A stretch of DNA of 34,714 nucleotides, from contig JAUCBJ010002419.1 in assembly GCA_032718475.1 (NCBI GenBank), positions 1 to 34,714 of the forward strand, read 5' to 3'. This document shows, one piece after another, positions 10,275 to 21,913 of the stretch. A model generated the notes under the pieces. The model ran no database searches and was not told where the DNA came from. It saw only the letters and a list, made by a program, of their open reading frames with translations. Position 1 is the stretch's first letter, and the number at the start of each line of letters is the position of its first letter. The position numbers and the translations under genes were made by a program. The DNA comes from Nemertoderma westbladi. Its lineage: Eukaryota > Animalia > Xenacoelomorpha.

Positions 10275-11007
10275 TGTCTCTATTTAAACGATAAACTAAA
10301 GACGAGGCCAAGTAGGATGGCGGTAACAACCATCTCCAGCAAAGATGAGGTCCTGGAGATGAGGACAGGGTGCGAGATAGTAGCGATAGCACCGGGATGT
10401 GACTATGGGGCGACCATCGACCCCACCCAGGTAATAGAATCGATCAACATTAATGCCAGGCGACCAACTAACATCGAAGTCGAACAATACAGATTCCTGG
10501 ACAAAATCGATTTCTCAATACCGGAGGTGGACGTCAGGAAGGTATCCATAATAGTGGGAATGGATTGCCCGACGGCCCACGAGAGGATACAGACGGTCTT
10601 CGGCGAAGACAAACAGCTTGATCCGATGGCAGTTCTAACGCCATTCGGATGGACAAGTGGCCCAATCAAAACCAAAATTCCATTTAGGATGTCGGAGACA
10701 TCGGGGTGCATGTTCGCGGGAACTATGATGGAGATGGAAGACGAAGGAGCTGAGGAGCAGCTTAAGAGACTGTTGAAGCAGGACTTTGAGGGACTAAAGG
10801 AGACCGGGGTCGGAACCTCGGTAGAGGATAACCAAGCAATACAGAGTGTGAAGGAGTCAATAGATGCGACGAGGGGCGGTACACCATAGGCATGGTGTGG
10901 AAACAGCCAAAACTACCGCTACCCGAGAACAAGGGGATGGTACTCACGAGGCTTCGCAAGCTGAAGCAAACGCTGAAACGGAGCCCCAAAAAGGATGAGT
11001 ACATCCA
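10275..11007 (+). pseudogene. pol: BEL/Pao protease C-half and start of RT (copy 1)
   Basis: VSIIVGMDCPTAHE...DPMAVLTPFGWT..GP, SVEDNQA, GMVWKQPKLPLPEN; ends abruptly at 11007. Confidence 0.85.
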
Positions 11008-11865
11008 CTAGTGAACTGTTCAGCTTTGTCAAATCTCTCTCAACCAACTCCCCGCGTCTCCCAGATTCAGAGGATGATTCTATGTTAGCCAATGAATTTG
11101 CCGATTTCTTTGAGGAAAAGGTAAATAAATTCCGTGACTCAGCACCTGCAACACCCACCGTACCAGATCATCCGTCTAGTGATTTTAACTCGAAGTGGGA
11201 AAAATTCACTATCCCGACGGCACAGGAGACCAAACAGATTATTAGTAACATGAAACCTACAACGTGTTCCTCCGATCCTATCCCAACAGAAATCCTAAAA
11301 AAGGTCCCAGAGCAATGGATTCCGATTGTTCATAAAATAACATCAACTTCTCTTGAACGTGGTGAATTCCCATCCAATGGTAAACAAGCGATTCTCCGTC
11401 CACTACTAAAGAAAGCTAAACTCGACCATCAAAACAAGAAAAACTACAGACCAGTTTCAAACTTATCTTTCCTTTCTAAGATCATTGAAAAACACGCTGC
11501 TCTCCAACTGATTGACTACCTAGATAAGAATAATATTATTCCAAAGTTTGTCTCGGGTTATCGTAAATATCACTCTGTTGAAACACTATTGTGCAGATTA
11601 CAAAGTGACTTACTCGAAACTATTGATAGTGGTAAATTCGCAGCTCTCATTCTCTTAGACCAATCGGCTGCTTTCGACCTTGTCGATTACAACATATTAC
11701 TAGACACACTTCGTAATATCGGCATTGACGGGACTGTCTATCAGTGGTTTAAGTCATACCTATCAGATAGATCATTCGTAGTTTCAATAAATGGGAAACT
11801 TTCTCGTGTTGTAAACCTTTTGAGTGGAGTTCCCCAGGGCTCAGTCCTTGGAGCAATCCTGTACT
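11008..11865 (+). mobile_element. L2/CR1-clade LINE ORF2 fragment (RT domains 0-4)
   Basis: TTCSSDPIPTEILK, RPLLKKAKLD..KNYRPVSNLSFLSKIIEK, SGYRKYHSVET, LLDQSAAFDLVD, WFKSYLSDR, GVPQGSVLG; truncated before YADD. Confidence 0.92.
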
Positions 11866-12307
11866 GTGCTAATGATAGACTGTAATACATACCAACTTGG
11901 CTACAGAGGCTTAGTAACGTGGTATAGTAAAGAATTACTAAGAAGTAAAATAATTAATATATAATTTTATTTATTTATTTATAATTGTAAATTTCATAGA
12001 GTTTTATTTGAGTTTTCCCAAACTGTAAGAGCGGTTGCTATGCTCTTGTGTATAACACAATAAGATGATCTATGTGATTGTAATATCTTCAACTATAGAT
12101 GGATTTCACCCAGTTTACACGGTTACGTCCCATAAAGAAGAATAATTTGTTTATTTGATTGGCAATTAGTCGCACAGGTGGAAGTCGCACACCCTGCTAC
12201 TTGGTGGAAAACTCATCGATTTGACATATCTCATTTGAACTGATTCATAATCATGATTCAACCTCCCTTTCCTGAGAACAACCTCCCTTGCATCTGAAAA
12301 TTCCTGT

Positions 12308-12420
12308 GCTAGCAAATGTCATGGGTGATAGGGAGTTGTGGCGGTGCAATTTTGTTGACAAGCCGGCACAGCATTCTTAAAAATGCAGCTGCAATGCAGC
12401 ATGCCGATCCTAGTAGTAGT
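12308..12420 (+). mobile_element. RTE-like LINE 3' end with (TAG)n tail
   Basis: Reverse complement of 23944-24060 and 20410-20520; ends gcatgccgatcc-tagtagtagt. Confidence 0.92.
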
Positions 12421-14992
12421 AGAGGATAAACAAGCGGTACAAAGTGTGAAGGAGTCGATGAGATGCGACGAGGGGCGGTACACCATAGGCATGGTGTGGA
12501 AACAACCAAAACTACCGCTACCAGAGAACAAGGGGATGGTACTCACGAGGCTTCGTAAACTGAAGGAAACGCTGAAACGGAGACCCGAGAAGGATGAGTA
12601 CATCCATAAGACGATAAGGAAGTACGTCGAGAAAGGATGGGCCGTGAAGCTGCCGGTCGACGAACTGAACACGGACAGGACCTACTACCTGCCACTTCAC
12701 GTGGCTTTAGATCCAAAGAAAGGTAAATTGCGGATGGTAATTGACGCATCAGCTAAAACCAACGGCAAGTGCCTAAACGACTATCTGCTGGAGGGCCCCA
12801 ATATCTACAACTCGGGGATTGAGGTATTACAGAGATTTAGAAATGGGAGACACGCCTTCACCTGCGACATCGAAGGCATGTTCAACCAAGTTCGTGTGAC
12901 AGGGGAGGATAGCGACAGCCAGCGCTTCCTATGGTACAACGGCGACGAGGAACCGTCGACAATACCGATGTACAAGATGGTGGTGCAGAACATGGGGGCC
13001 AAGTCGTCCTCATTTACAACGACTATGGCTGTAAGAGATACGGTAGAAGGGAAAGAGAGGAAGTACAGCGCTAAAGCGGTCGATATGATTCGACGCGGCT
13101 TCAATGTAGACGACGGGATGGAGTCTGGAAACACGGTTAAAGAATTACTGGACACAGGGCGCGAGGTTCGCGACATCCTGAAAGGATCCGGATTTAACCT
13201 GACCAAGTTTCAATCCAGCTCAGATGAGTTTATGGAAGCCATAGAGGACAGGCGGCCAGAGTCGACCATGGACAACCCCACAGCAGCCAAGGGACAGGAC
13301 CTGGCGGACAAAAGAGTGGAGTCTCAGCAGAAGGCACTGGGGATCGTGTGGAACCGGGAGACAGATGAGTTAAAGTACCAACTGAGCCAGGAGGGCCCGG
13401 ACACCCACACAAAGAGGGGCTATGTATCGTAAAATAGCAAGGATATACGATCCCTTAGGCCTAGCATCCCCACTGTTAGTCACGGGGAAACAGATACTTA
13501 AGAAAGTATATAAGTTAAAGGACGAGTGGGATACAGAGGTCCCGGAAGAAATCAGCAAGCAGTGGAGTAAGTGGACGGGGAATTTAGAACAGATGGGGAC
13601 GTACAGCATGCCACGCGTGTATTTCCCGGATGGGGACATGACGGATCTGGACCTATACATGTTCTCCGATGCATCATTAGAAGCATACAGAGCGGCACTC
13701 TACCTAGTACAGCGAAAGGGGGCTCATGAGCCCATACTCGCATACAGTAAAGCAAAGTCGACGCCGCCAGATTCAGCATCAGTCCCGAAACTCGAGTTGA
13801 CAGCTGAGAGATTAGGAGTAAGGGCCACAGCCTACTTGATGGACACTATTCCCAACATAGTGGAAATACACTACTGGACGGACTCCATGGTAGTGCTTGG
13901 ATGGCTGCACAATGAGAAGACGAGATACCCTATATTCGTCGCCAATAGGGTGAACGAAATAAGGGCGACCACAGGGTTGGAAAGGTGGCACTACTGCCCA
14001 ATGGACGAGAACCCAGCAGACTTGTTATTGAGGGGCGTGGCACGCCACAATTTCTTAAAGAAGGAAGTGTTGTGGCAGCACGGGCCACACTTCCTGAAAG
14101 ATAGGTCACCGATCAAGATCAAGGTGATGCGACACACGGAGAAATGCTACAGCATCATCTTCGTATGTAACAACACAAGGGCGGTAGGAATAGAACTCGC
14201 CCAAGATGCAACTGCATCGGCATTCATCAATGCCGTAGAGAGATTCAGAGACCACAAAGGTGGAATGATCGCAGTGATCTATTCCGACAATAGAACCAAC
14301 TTTGTGGGGGCAGAGAACGAGTTAGCGGAGGCCTTGGAGATCCTGGAAGGAGAAGAAGTCAGGGCAGCCATGAGGAGATGACAGGTGAAGTGGGAAAGGA
14401 GGACGCCATACGCGCCACATACTTTAGGATGCGTCGAGAGACTTGTGGGTAGTTCCAAGCGTCTGATGACGAAGTTGATGAACACCCACATGGTAACGGA
14501 GGACATACTAAGGACTGTGCTAACTAAGTGCGAGGGCATCATCAATAGCAGACCGCTATATCCAGAAAATGACGACCCAGAATCACTAGACGTGCTAACA
14601 CCAAGCCACTTTCTGATGGAAAGGCCGGCGACCATCGACATGCGGGGTGTAGACCCAGATGACATACACTCCCGTCAGAGTTGGAAAGTCTCCAAGGCGA
14701 TAAGCGCAGAGTACTGGAGGAGGTGGGTCGAGGAATACCTACCCACATTACACAGGAGGAGCAAGTGGAGAAACACCACTAGAGAGTTAAAGAAAGGTGA
14801 TTTAGTGATCGTCACTGACGACACAATCATCAACAATCAGTGGAGGCTAGCAAGAATAGTAGACAGTTACCCGATGAGGACGGAAGAGTCCGATCGGTGG
14901 AAGAGCGGATAGGGGGTAAGATAGGAGCAAAGGACAGGAAGACCTGCAGGAGGGCTGTAGGGAAGTGCTGCTTACTAGAAGAGACACCATAG
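12419..14992 (+). pseudogene. pol: BEL/Pao pol (RT, RNase H, integrase core and C-terminal domain), copy 2; frameshifts, stops and an internal deletion
   Basis: RT DIEGMFNQV and NVDD (mutated YVDD); RNase H FSDAS/PKLEL/WTDS/NPAD; deletion near 14105 removes the HHCC zinc finger and first catalytic D; YSDNRTNF, ERLV, INSRPL; stop at 14990-14992. Confidence 0.95.
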
Positions 14993-15089
14993 AGTTAAGT
15001 GTTGGACTGAGTGGGGTGGGATTGAGGGCAAGACGCCCTTCCCACACAAATATATAAAAAAAATAATAAATAAAAATAAAATAATAAGA

Positions 15090-15860
15090 AAGAAAGTTAG
15101 AAAGTTAGAAAGTTAGAAAGAGAAAGTAATAGTAGATAGTACATAGTAGTAAGTAAGTAGGCAGATAGAAGTTAGTAAGAGTTAGTAGAGTAAGAGGGTG
15201 CGCGCAGTACCGCTAGTAGAAGTTAGTAAGAGTTAGTAGAGTAAGAGGGTACACAGTACCGCTAGTAGAAGTTAGTAAGAGTTAGTAGAGTAAGAGGGTA
15301 CGTAGTACCGTTAGTGGAGTTAGTTAGAGAGTAAGAGGGTACATAGTACTGTTAGCGGAGTTAGTTAGAGAGTACGAGGGTACGTAGTACCGTTAGTGGA
15401 GTTAGTTAGAGAGTAAGAGGGTACGTAGTACCATTAGCGGAGTTAGTTAGAGTGTAAGAGGGTATGTAGCACCGTTAGTGGAGTTAGTTATAGAGTAAGA
15501 GGGTATGTAGTACCGTTAGTGGAGTTAGTTAGAGAGTAAGAGGGTACGCAGTACCGTTAGTGGAGTTAGTTAGAGAGTAAGAGGGTACGTAGTAACATTA
15601 GTGGAGTTAGTTAGAGTGTAAGAGGGTATGTAGTACCGTTAGTGGAGTCAGCTAGAGTTGTAAGTGGGAACGTAGTACCATTAGTAGAGTAAGAGTTAGT
15701 AAGAGTTAGAGTGTTAGTAAGAGTTAGTAAGAGTTAGAGAGTTAGTAAGAGTTGGAGAGTTAGTAGAGTTAGAGAGTTAGTAAGAGTTAGTCAGAGTTAG
15801 AGAGTTAGTAAGAGTTAGAGAGTTAGTAGAGTTAGAGAGTTAGTAGGGTTAGTAGTAAGA
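15090..15860. repeat. Purine-rich satellite in the pol-ORF3 spacer (41-bp unit x ~9-10 flanked by (AGAGTTAGTA)n and (AGAAAGTT)n)
   Basis: gtacgtagtaccgttagtggagttagttagagagtaagagg at 15298, 15339, 15380, 15421 ... 15626. Confidence 0.95.
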
Positions 15861-16359
15861 AGTGAGAGGGGGGCACGTGGGTACAGCAGGACAGACCGTG
15901 TAGGCCGCACGAGACATACTACTGTACTGCACAGCCCGTAGAGTAGGTCAGAATGTTAGATACAGGGCCAGGAGGTTACCTGGTGCAGACTAGCACATTA
16001 AGGAATAGCTAGTCTACCCTGTATGCAAAGTATAGGGGTTATTTAGACAAAATAATCCATTATAAATATTAATAGCACAGTAGCAGAATTAAAAATTAGT
16101 ATTAAAAATAAAATTCAACAAATTATAGCAACAGTAGACAGAAAATTCTAGAACAATAATAAAAGTAACTGACAGATTTAGGGAATTTAGGGAAATTTAG
16201 CATTTTAGGGTGTACATAGGCAAAATAGTGTAAAAAACCTAGTGTTCTGAGAGAGATAGGCCAATATCGGACCGCACAGACCATCCTAAATACATCACTC
16301 ATCTATATTGAGCCTTGGTAAGGCACCACCTTGTAGGTGAGCGATCGCGAGCGTTCGAA

Positions 16360-18748
16360 ATGGCGGAGAGACTGGTCAGAATGAGAAAGGCGGAATAGGT
16401 GGAAAGGAGATACTAGTAGATTTCACCCAGAGGCATCCGGAGGAGAAGACGAGGGGATACTACGAGCGGTTAGAGAAAGGTCACAAGGCGCGAGCGCTGC
16501 AGGACCATTTCAGGGAGGTGCACGAGAGGAGGCTGGTCAGGACCTACGGGACACCATAGCTAGACAACGCGATCCTCGAGCATTTCCACTACGTAGTGAA
16601 GGGAGATGAGGCGAAGTTTGGGATACCGAAGTATCCGAGGGAACCACCGAGAAAGGACTGGAAGAGGTTCATAGAGTCCGTCAGCAGGGGAGGATACATG
16701 GTCCTAGACGACGAAGGTACCGTGGAAGACGACGAGGGTTCGAGAAGAGGGTCAGCGGGGTCGGCCAGAACCATACTTCTACATTTGGCTGCGCAAAATG
16801 GGGACATATTCCTGTTCGATCTGGGAACGTATGGGAAGAAGAGCGGGCCGAAGTTGAACCGGTTGCCAAGGGCGGTGCAGAACCTAGTAAGGGAGAAGTC
16901 GACAATAAAGGTGGGATCGGCGATCCGCGACGATGCGGAGAGGATCGTTGGACCGGAGACCCCCAACCTTCTGGACATGCAAACGGTCTACATGGCTATG
17001 ACAGCGCCAGCCGGGTTGGAACTAGTAGAGAACACAGGACATTGCAGAGCAGTGGCGATGGGCCAGCTGATGGGGCTCGTCTGCCACAAGCTGATGGACT
17101 GGGGTAAATTCAGGGAGGAGTATGGAGCGGATTTGGCGAACTCACTGAAGTGGGGAGTGAGGCCAGGGAAACAGGAGGTGTATCATTATCAATTCCGGAG
17201 AGGAGTGATAAAGATATATCAGAAGCGATATATCCTGCAGGGGGATTCGTTTCTCCTGTCGGGATCACCCCTGAACTGCAGAAGAGCCTTCAAAGTGGCC
17301 TTAGAGGGTCTGGCAGACCACCCGGGGCTGAAGGGCGAGTCGGTATACTATAACTGCCGATATCTAGTAGACAGGGGGGTGGATACACCATATCAGAGGT
17401 GGGAGAAGCTGGAGGCGGATAGACTAGAGGAGAAGCGATTGGAAGAATTCGCCAGACAAGAAAGGAGGGAGGCAGACGAAAGAGAGGCAGAAGCTAGAGG
17501 AGGGGGCTACGGGTTCGAGGCCCAGGCCTTGGACGAGTTACAGTGGGGATCAGGGAGCTCGGGCGAGTCTCTGGGGCGGGAGTTGGGATGGACGGAAGGA
17601 TCGCCGAAACAGGCGACAGGGGATTGCAGGCGATGCCCATGCCAGCAGGCGCCGAGGGAGATTTCGCGAAGAAAAGACCAAGGGAACTGGAAGGATGGAA
17701 AGTTACGGGCGAGAGCCAAGGCGGGAAGGGACACAGTGGGTCTGCCGGGATACCGGGTTTGGATCCACTCCCAGCGGGGGATGAGGATGACGACGAGTTA
17801 GGGGAGATGCCGCCCATCGAGAGGATCGGCCACTCAGACACGGACTGGGTTGGCGGGAGAGTGGTGACGGCCAGCGGAGCGAGGGCCATCTGGGATAAAC
17901 CCGGTAAGCGGGCCTGGGTGCATGAGGAGCCAGCGATGGATTTCGCGGGGAGCACCATCAGGTTGGGCAAGCAACCGGGAACGGCACCACAGGTAGTGTT
18001 CGGAGAGACGATGCCGAGGCAAGACGAGGACATAGACATGGACAGAGACGTTAACGTCCAGAAGTTTGCTTACCAACGGCTCCATAGACCGATGAGATCG
18101 CTTGGGGCAAAGGACGACTTGGGGCGGGATGCGTTGATACATGGCTGCAATTACTGCGGGAGGCTTACTCACCAGGAAAAGAGCTGCTTGATTCCAGAAG
18201 GGGACGTGTTGCCTCTACTGCCGCGGATGGGGGCGTGTCCACGATGCACAACCGGTGCTCTAAGTGTAACTTTCGGGGACACTATGGACGCCAGTGCAAC
18301 TGGATGCACGACGAGGAGAAGTTTAAGATCTTCGAGGAGTGGGCCGACGTCGGCGTCATGATGCAGCATCGACGGCGGCATCGTATGGCATGGTGGAGTG
18401 ATCAATACGCAGAGGTATTTAGATAGATGGGCGCCAGAGAACCGGGGAGAGTTCAGAGATTTCCTGGCGGAGCATGTGCCGCGGGCCATGAAGGTGATCT
18501 TGTGGGACGCTACTAGGGGAAAGCAGCAGGGGCATTCGGAGGGGCCACCTGCGAAGCGATACCGGGAGCTAATAACACCAGCGCCCAAGGAATCGACCAC
18601 GGGAATCAGTAAGGAGGTAATGGCAAGGATGAGGAGCCTTAAGGAGGACAAGAGCAAGGAAGCGGTGACATCCAGGAAGCGACTGAGAGAGGACAACAAC
18701 AGAGGGAAGGAACTGAGATGGTTCCCAAAGACGGGAGGAGCGAACTAG
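16360..18748 (+). pseudogene. Accessory ORF3 of the BEL element: DEDDy (WRN/RNase D/MUT-7-like) 3'-5' exonuclease + coiled coil + three CCHC zinc knuckles
   Basis: ExoI MVLDDEG (16698-16718); ILLHLAAQNGDIFLFDL; LPRAVQNLVREKSTIKVGSAIRDDAERI (ExoII); LLDMQ; YQKRYILQGD (degenerate ExoIII); knuckles CNYCGRLTHQEKSC, CLYCRGWG (damaged) and CSKCNFRGHYGRQC; several stops and frameshifts. Confidence 0.78.
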
Positions 18749-19459
18749 GACTTGGAGGGGGAGATGTGGGGATGCCTGGAAGGCACCACATGCGAAGTAA
18801 TACGAACTCCTAAGTGCAAATTTAATAAAAGTGCAATTAGTATGTACGTGTGTAATAATCAATAGAGTATAATTCAAATCAATATAATCAAAGTAAGTAC
18901 TATAGTCATGTAACCTTTTCCAACTAGCTAGTGGGACTGGGGACCAATCGACTATGACAGGAGGACGGCACTACACAGTTCACACTTCTTAAGTGCGACG
19001 GCACGGAAGGGGAGGGTGAGGCTCATCAAGAGTGAATGGGGCAACATAAGTAAGGGTTGAGTACAAGAGCGCAGGGGAGATAATGAGATGTAGTGTTGAC
19101 ACGTGTGGAAAGAATACGGGTGTAATTCAAATGTGGGGAGCGAGGAGTAAGAGGCAGAGTGAGGGACAAAGAGGTTCGAAAGTAGAGTGGAGTTAGAGTG
19201 GAGTTAGAGTGGAGCTAGAGAAGTTAGAGTCAGTCTAGAGTAGAGTGGAGATATAAAAAATTGTGTGAGAAGAGTCCACAATTGTCTCGAACCGAGACGC
19301 CAGATGTCTTGGTGCAACATAGGTTGCGGTTGCACCAAGAAGGGGTAGTAATATCATACCCAGAGGGAGCGGCCTGGAAAGCCGACTCCAAGAAAAGAAC
19401 TCCACCCCACACCCGATAGTAGATCGGGTTCCAGCGGAATTGAAGCGCACTTATGGGTG

Positions 19460-19497
19460 ATGCTATCTTCTCACCGGGAAGATAGCATGGGGGGGAG
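19460..19497 (+). other. Stem-loop plus polypurine tract
   Basis: atgctatcttc-tcaccgg-gaagatagcat (11-bp stem) then a G-run ending GAG, immediately before TGT. Confidence 0.85.
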
Positions 19498-20121
19498 TGT
19501 AAGCAGATTCAGTTCCGCTGCATTACCCTCATAAAATGGGAAGTGGCACCTTTTTCAGCAATATGTTGGAGATACGAGATTGGCAATAACCAATCTCGTA
19601 TCACAACCAACACCGGGGACAACACAACCCCAAAGCCACACAAAGGGAGGTTAGAGGTCAAATCACCTCGGGAGGGGAAACAACCAGCAGGGGCCAACAG
19701 GGGGGGAAGCACTCCCAGAGAGGGGAGGGCGAGGGGCGTGAAGTAGATTATCAGCCAATAGGGGCGAGGGAGAGCATCCACTAGGTGAAAGGCCACAGCA
19801 GTGTAGGAGTGATCACATATATTATCAATGCATATTAGTTACCGGTTCAGTTACCCAGTTATCAGCTTTAGTGCAGACCGGTGATGTTTCACACCATCAC
19901 CATCACCAACACACACACCTACCGGTATCCATCTCATAGTATCAATGCTTATCTGCAATCCTTACTGTGTTACTAATACTGTTATCTAAATATCAAGAGA
20001 CAACATCAACTCTTATTATTTTCGCTACAACGGCCTCGGCCTAGACATCAACACAATCCCTAAGGTAAACACGGTGACGCGTAGTCTACAAATCCGGTCG
20101 GGATCCCTTGATCCCATCACA
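19498..20121 (+). repeat. 3' LTR of the BEL/Pao element (~624 bp)
   Basis: Starts TGTAAG directly after the PPT; ends ATCACA where an unrelated RTE RT fragment begins. No second LTR in the window to confirm the end. Confidence 0.7.
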
Positions 20122-20270
20122 GATATCCGGCTAACAGTCACAGACACCGACTTTATGGATGACATAGCCCTGCTCTCTTATACGCTAGCAGATGCACAGC
20201 TTCTGCTTAATAAAGTGGAGAGGGTTGCTAAAGATGTTCCATTGCATATAAATGCCACCAAAAGGAATAT
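20122..20270 (+). mobile_element. Old RTE-like RT fragment (probable insertion target of the BEL element)
   Basis: TDTDFMDDIALLSYTLADAQLLLNKVERVAKDVPLHINATK, the RT domain 5-6 pattern (DFADDIALL...GLxINxxKT). Confidence 0.8.
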
Positions 20271-20409
20271 GTGTGTGTTATACTACATTATTTTATAGAG
20301 ATACTAATAATAATAAGATAAATAATCAACAATCCAGTAATGGGAAAACATGTGCGTAGTGTTGGAGGTTGACGTACTGGGTTCAAGCCGATTCAGAGTG
20401 ACCCTGTAC

Positions 20410-20905
20410 TACTACTACTAGGATCGGCATGCTGCATTGGAGCTGCATTTTTAAGAATGCTGTTCCAGCTTGTCGACAAAATTGCGCCGCCACAACTCCC
20501 TATCACCCATGACATTTGCTAGATCATCCACATCTTAAAGGCCAGTGTCCTTTAAGATGCTTCTCAAGAAAGTCTTGGGCTGTCCACCATGCTTATTCAC
20601 TCCATGAGGCCGCCAAACTAGATTATGCACTGGCTGGACCTCACGGTCCCGGTGGAAGCAATGTCATGCAAAGCGGAGGCGGATTTGTTCTAGTGTCAAG
20701 CTTGGGGTAACCAATGGGACACCTCCAATGTTATATAGTGTCTGGTTGGAGATATGTTTATTGTACTTGACACAGTGAGCCCGGCGTTGCATTCTTGTGT
20801 ATGTGCCATCCAGAGATTTGGTGTCCTCAGCATTTAGAGCCCAGCATGGACTACCATAAAGGAGTCCTGGAACTACTGCTGCTCTAAATAATCGAAGCCG
20901 TGACC
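20410..20905 (-). mobile_element. 5'-truncated RTE-like LINE with 12-bp TSD
   Basis: TSD gtgaccctgtac at 20398-20409 and 20906-20917; (TAG)n tail; encodes LLYGSPCW...LDGTYTRMQRR. Confidence 0.93.
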
Positions 20906-21154
20906 GTGACCCTGTACAGTACATGTGTTGGAAAATATTCCAGTATATTGGTTTCCAAGTGACAATGCTCTGTGTCAGCTTTGGATTGAACGTCTACCAA
21001 ATATCCTTAATATCGCAGATATTACCGTGAACATGGGATTCTATTGTCAACACGATTTGCGAGAAAGGCAGTAGTGGGAGGGGATGCAGTAGGCCTACGA
21101 TGAATGATATCGAGTTTCACATACATTTATCACCAGATGGAGTTTCTGAATACA

Positions 21155-21875
21155 CCTCTAAAATCTACAAATTAAAACGAAAACAACTGATTTTTGGTTT
21201 GTACGTAGATTTCGATATCTGGATATCACCGATGAAAAAAAATTTGCAAAAAATTTACTGGGGTGGTTTTTTTCAAAATTTCAAGTAGTATCAATTTTCT
21301 AAAAATATGAAAGTTACTATTTTCAGCTAATCTTTATTCTATATAGGTTTTCTGTAGCGCTGAATCCAATGAAAGATTTTTAAAAATCATCTGGATGCTA
21401 TAAATGGCAGTTTTCGTATGTAGGCAATAATGAAAAAACAAGTAACCAGTGCATTTCAGTTTGAAAACAAAACGTTTAATTTACTTATAACATGCTATAT
21501 ATTTACTTGGTGTTCTGGGGCGCTGATTCTAATGGAATACATTTGTTTTTATTGCTCCAGATCATTGCAACTCGTATTTTTTTGCGTAATCTGGGAAATG
21601 TTGGTGCAATCACCAAATTTCGCGGTGTTATCACCAAATTTCGCACCCATTTCCCTAAAAAAATATGATGTCCAGTGCAGTGACTTTTTACTTACAATTT
21701 ACAATATTTACATAATAATAGTGCTATAACTCGAAAAGTTCTCAATATTTTTAAAACCCGTATTCACTCTTAGGAAGACAAAACATTTTTTAGGAAAAAT
21801 GTGTTTGTTTCCGAGTTATTACAAAAAACACCGGGGGGGGGGGGGGGATCATATTGACCCCACCCCCCGGGTTTA
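21155..21875 (+). mobile_element. Non-autonomous DNA transposon copy (piggyBac-like MITE family)
   Basis: 21155-21660 is a diverged inverted homolog of ~26100-26567; ends in ccggg(G)n-atcatattgaccc-...cccggg, like the subterminal motif at 26570-26610. Confidence 0.65.
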
Positions 21876-21913
21876 ATTTGGCCACTCTGTGCCTGTTCAC
21901 AAACATGGCGCAT

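Larger units (their letters stand above)
9055..20121 (+). mobile_element. BEL/Pao LTR retrotransposon, 5'-truncated, chimeric and decayed, carrying an extra 3' ORF
   Basis: Order gag, protease, RT, RNase H, integrase, ORF3, hairpin+PPT, TG...CA LTR. BEL-specific motifs: LPPVEPFKFDG, AVLTPFGWT, YLPLHVA..KLRMVIDASAK, YDPLG, PKLEL, NPAD, INSRPL, LTPSHFL, WVEEYLPTL. Confidence 0.93.

Noticed and set aside
10995-12420. ORF starts at 10995 and 12383 as real initiation codons
   Set aside because: Both are chimeric junction artefacts (BEL/L2 and RTE tail/BEL).
15190-15700. Regular 41-bp repeats as a CRISPR array
   Set aside because: Units are head-to-tail with no unique spacers; no cas genes; eukaryotic TE context.
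16360-18748. ORF3 as an envelope glycoprotein
   Set aside because: No signal peptide, transmembrane helix or Cys-rich ectodomain; exonuclease and CCHC motifs instead.
12319-18877. Numerous minus-strand ORFs over pol and ORF3
   Set aside because: Shadow ORFs of GC-richer coding sequence with no recognisable motifs.
20350-20397. tRNA gene suggested by GGTTCAAGCC B-box
   Set aside because: No A-box or cloverleaf; at most a SINE remnant.
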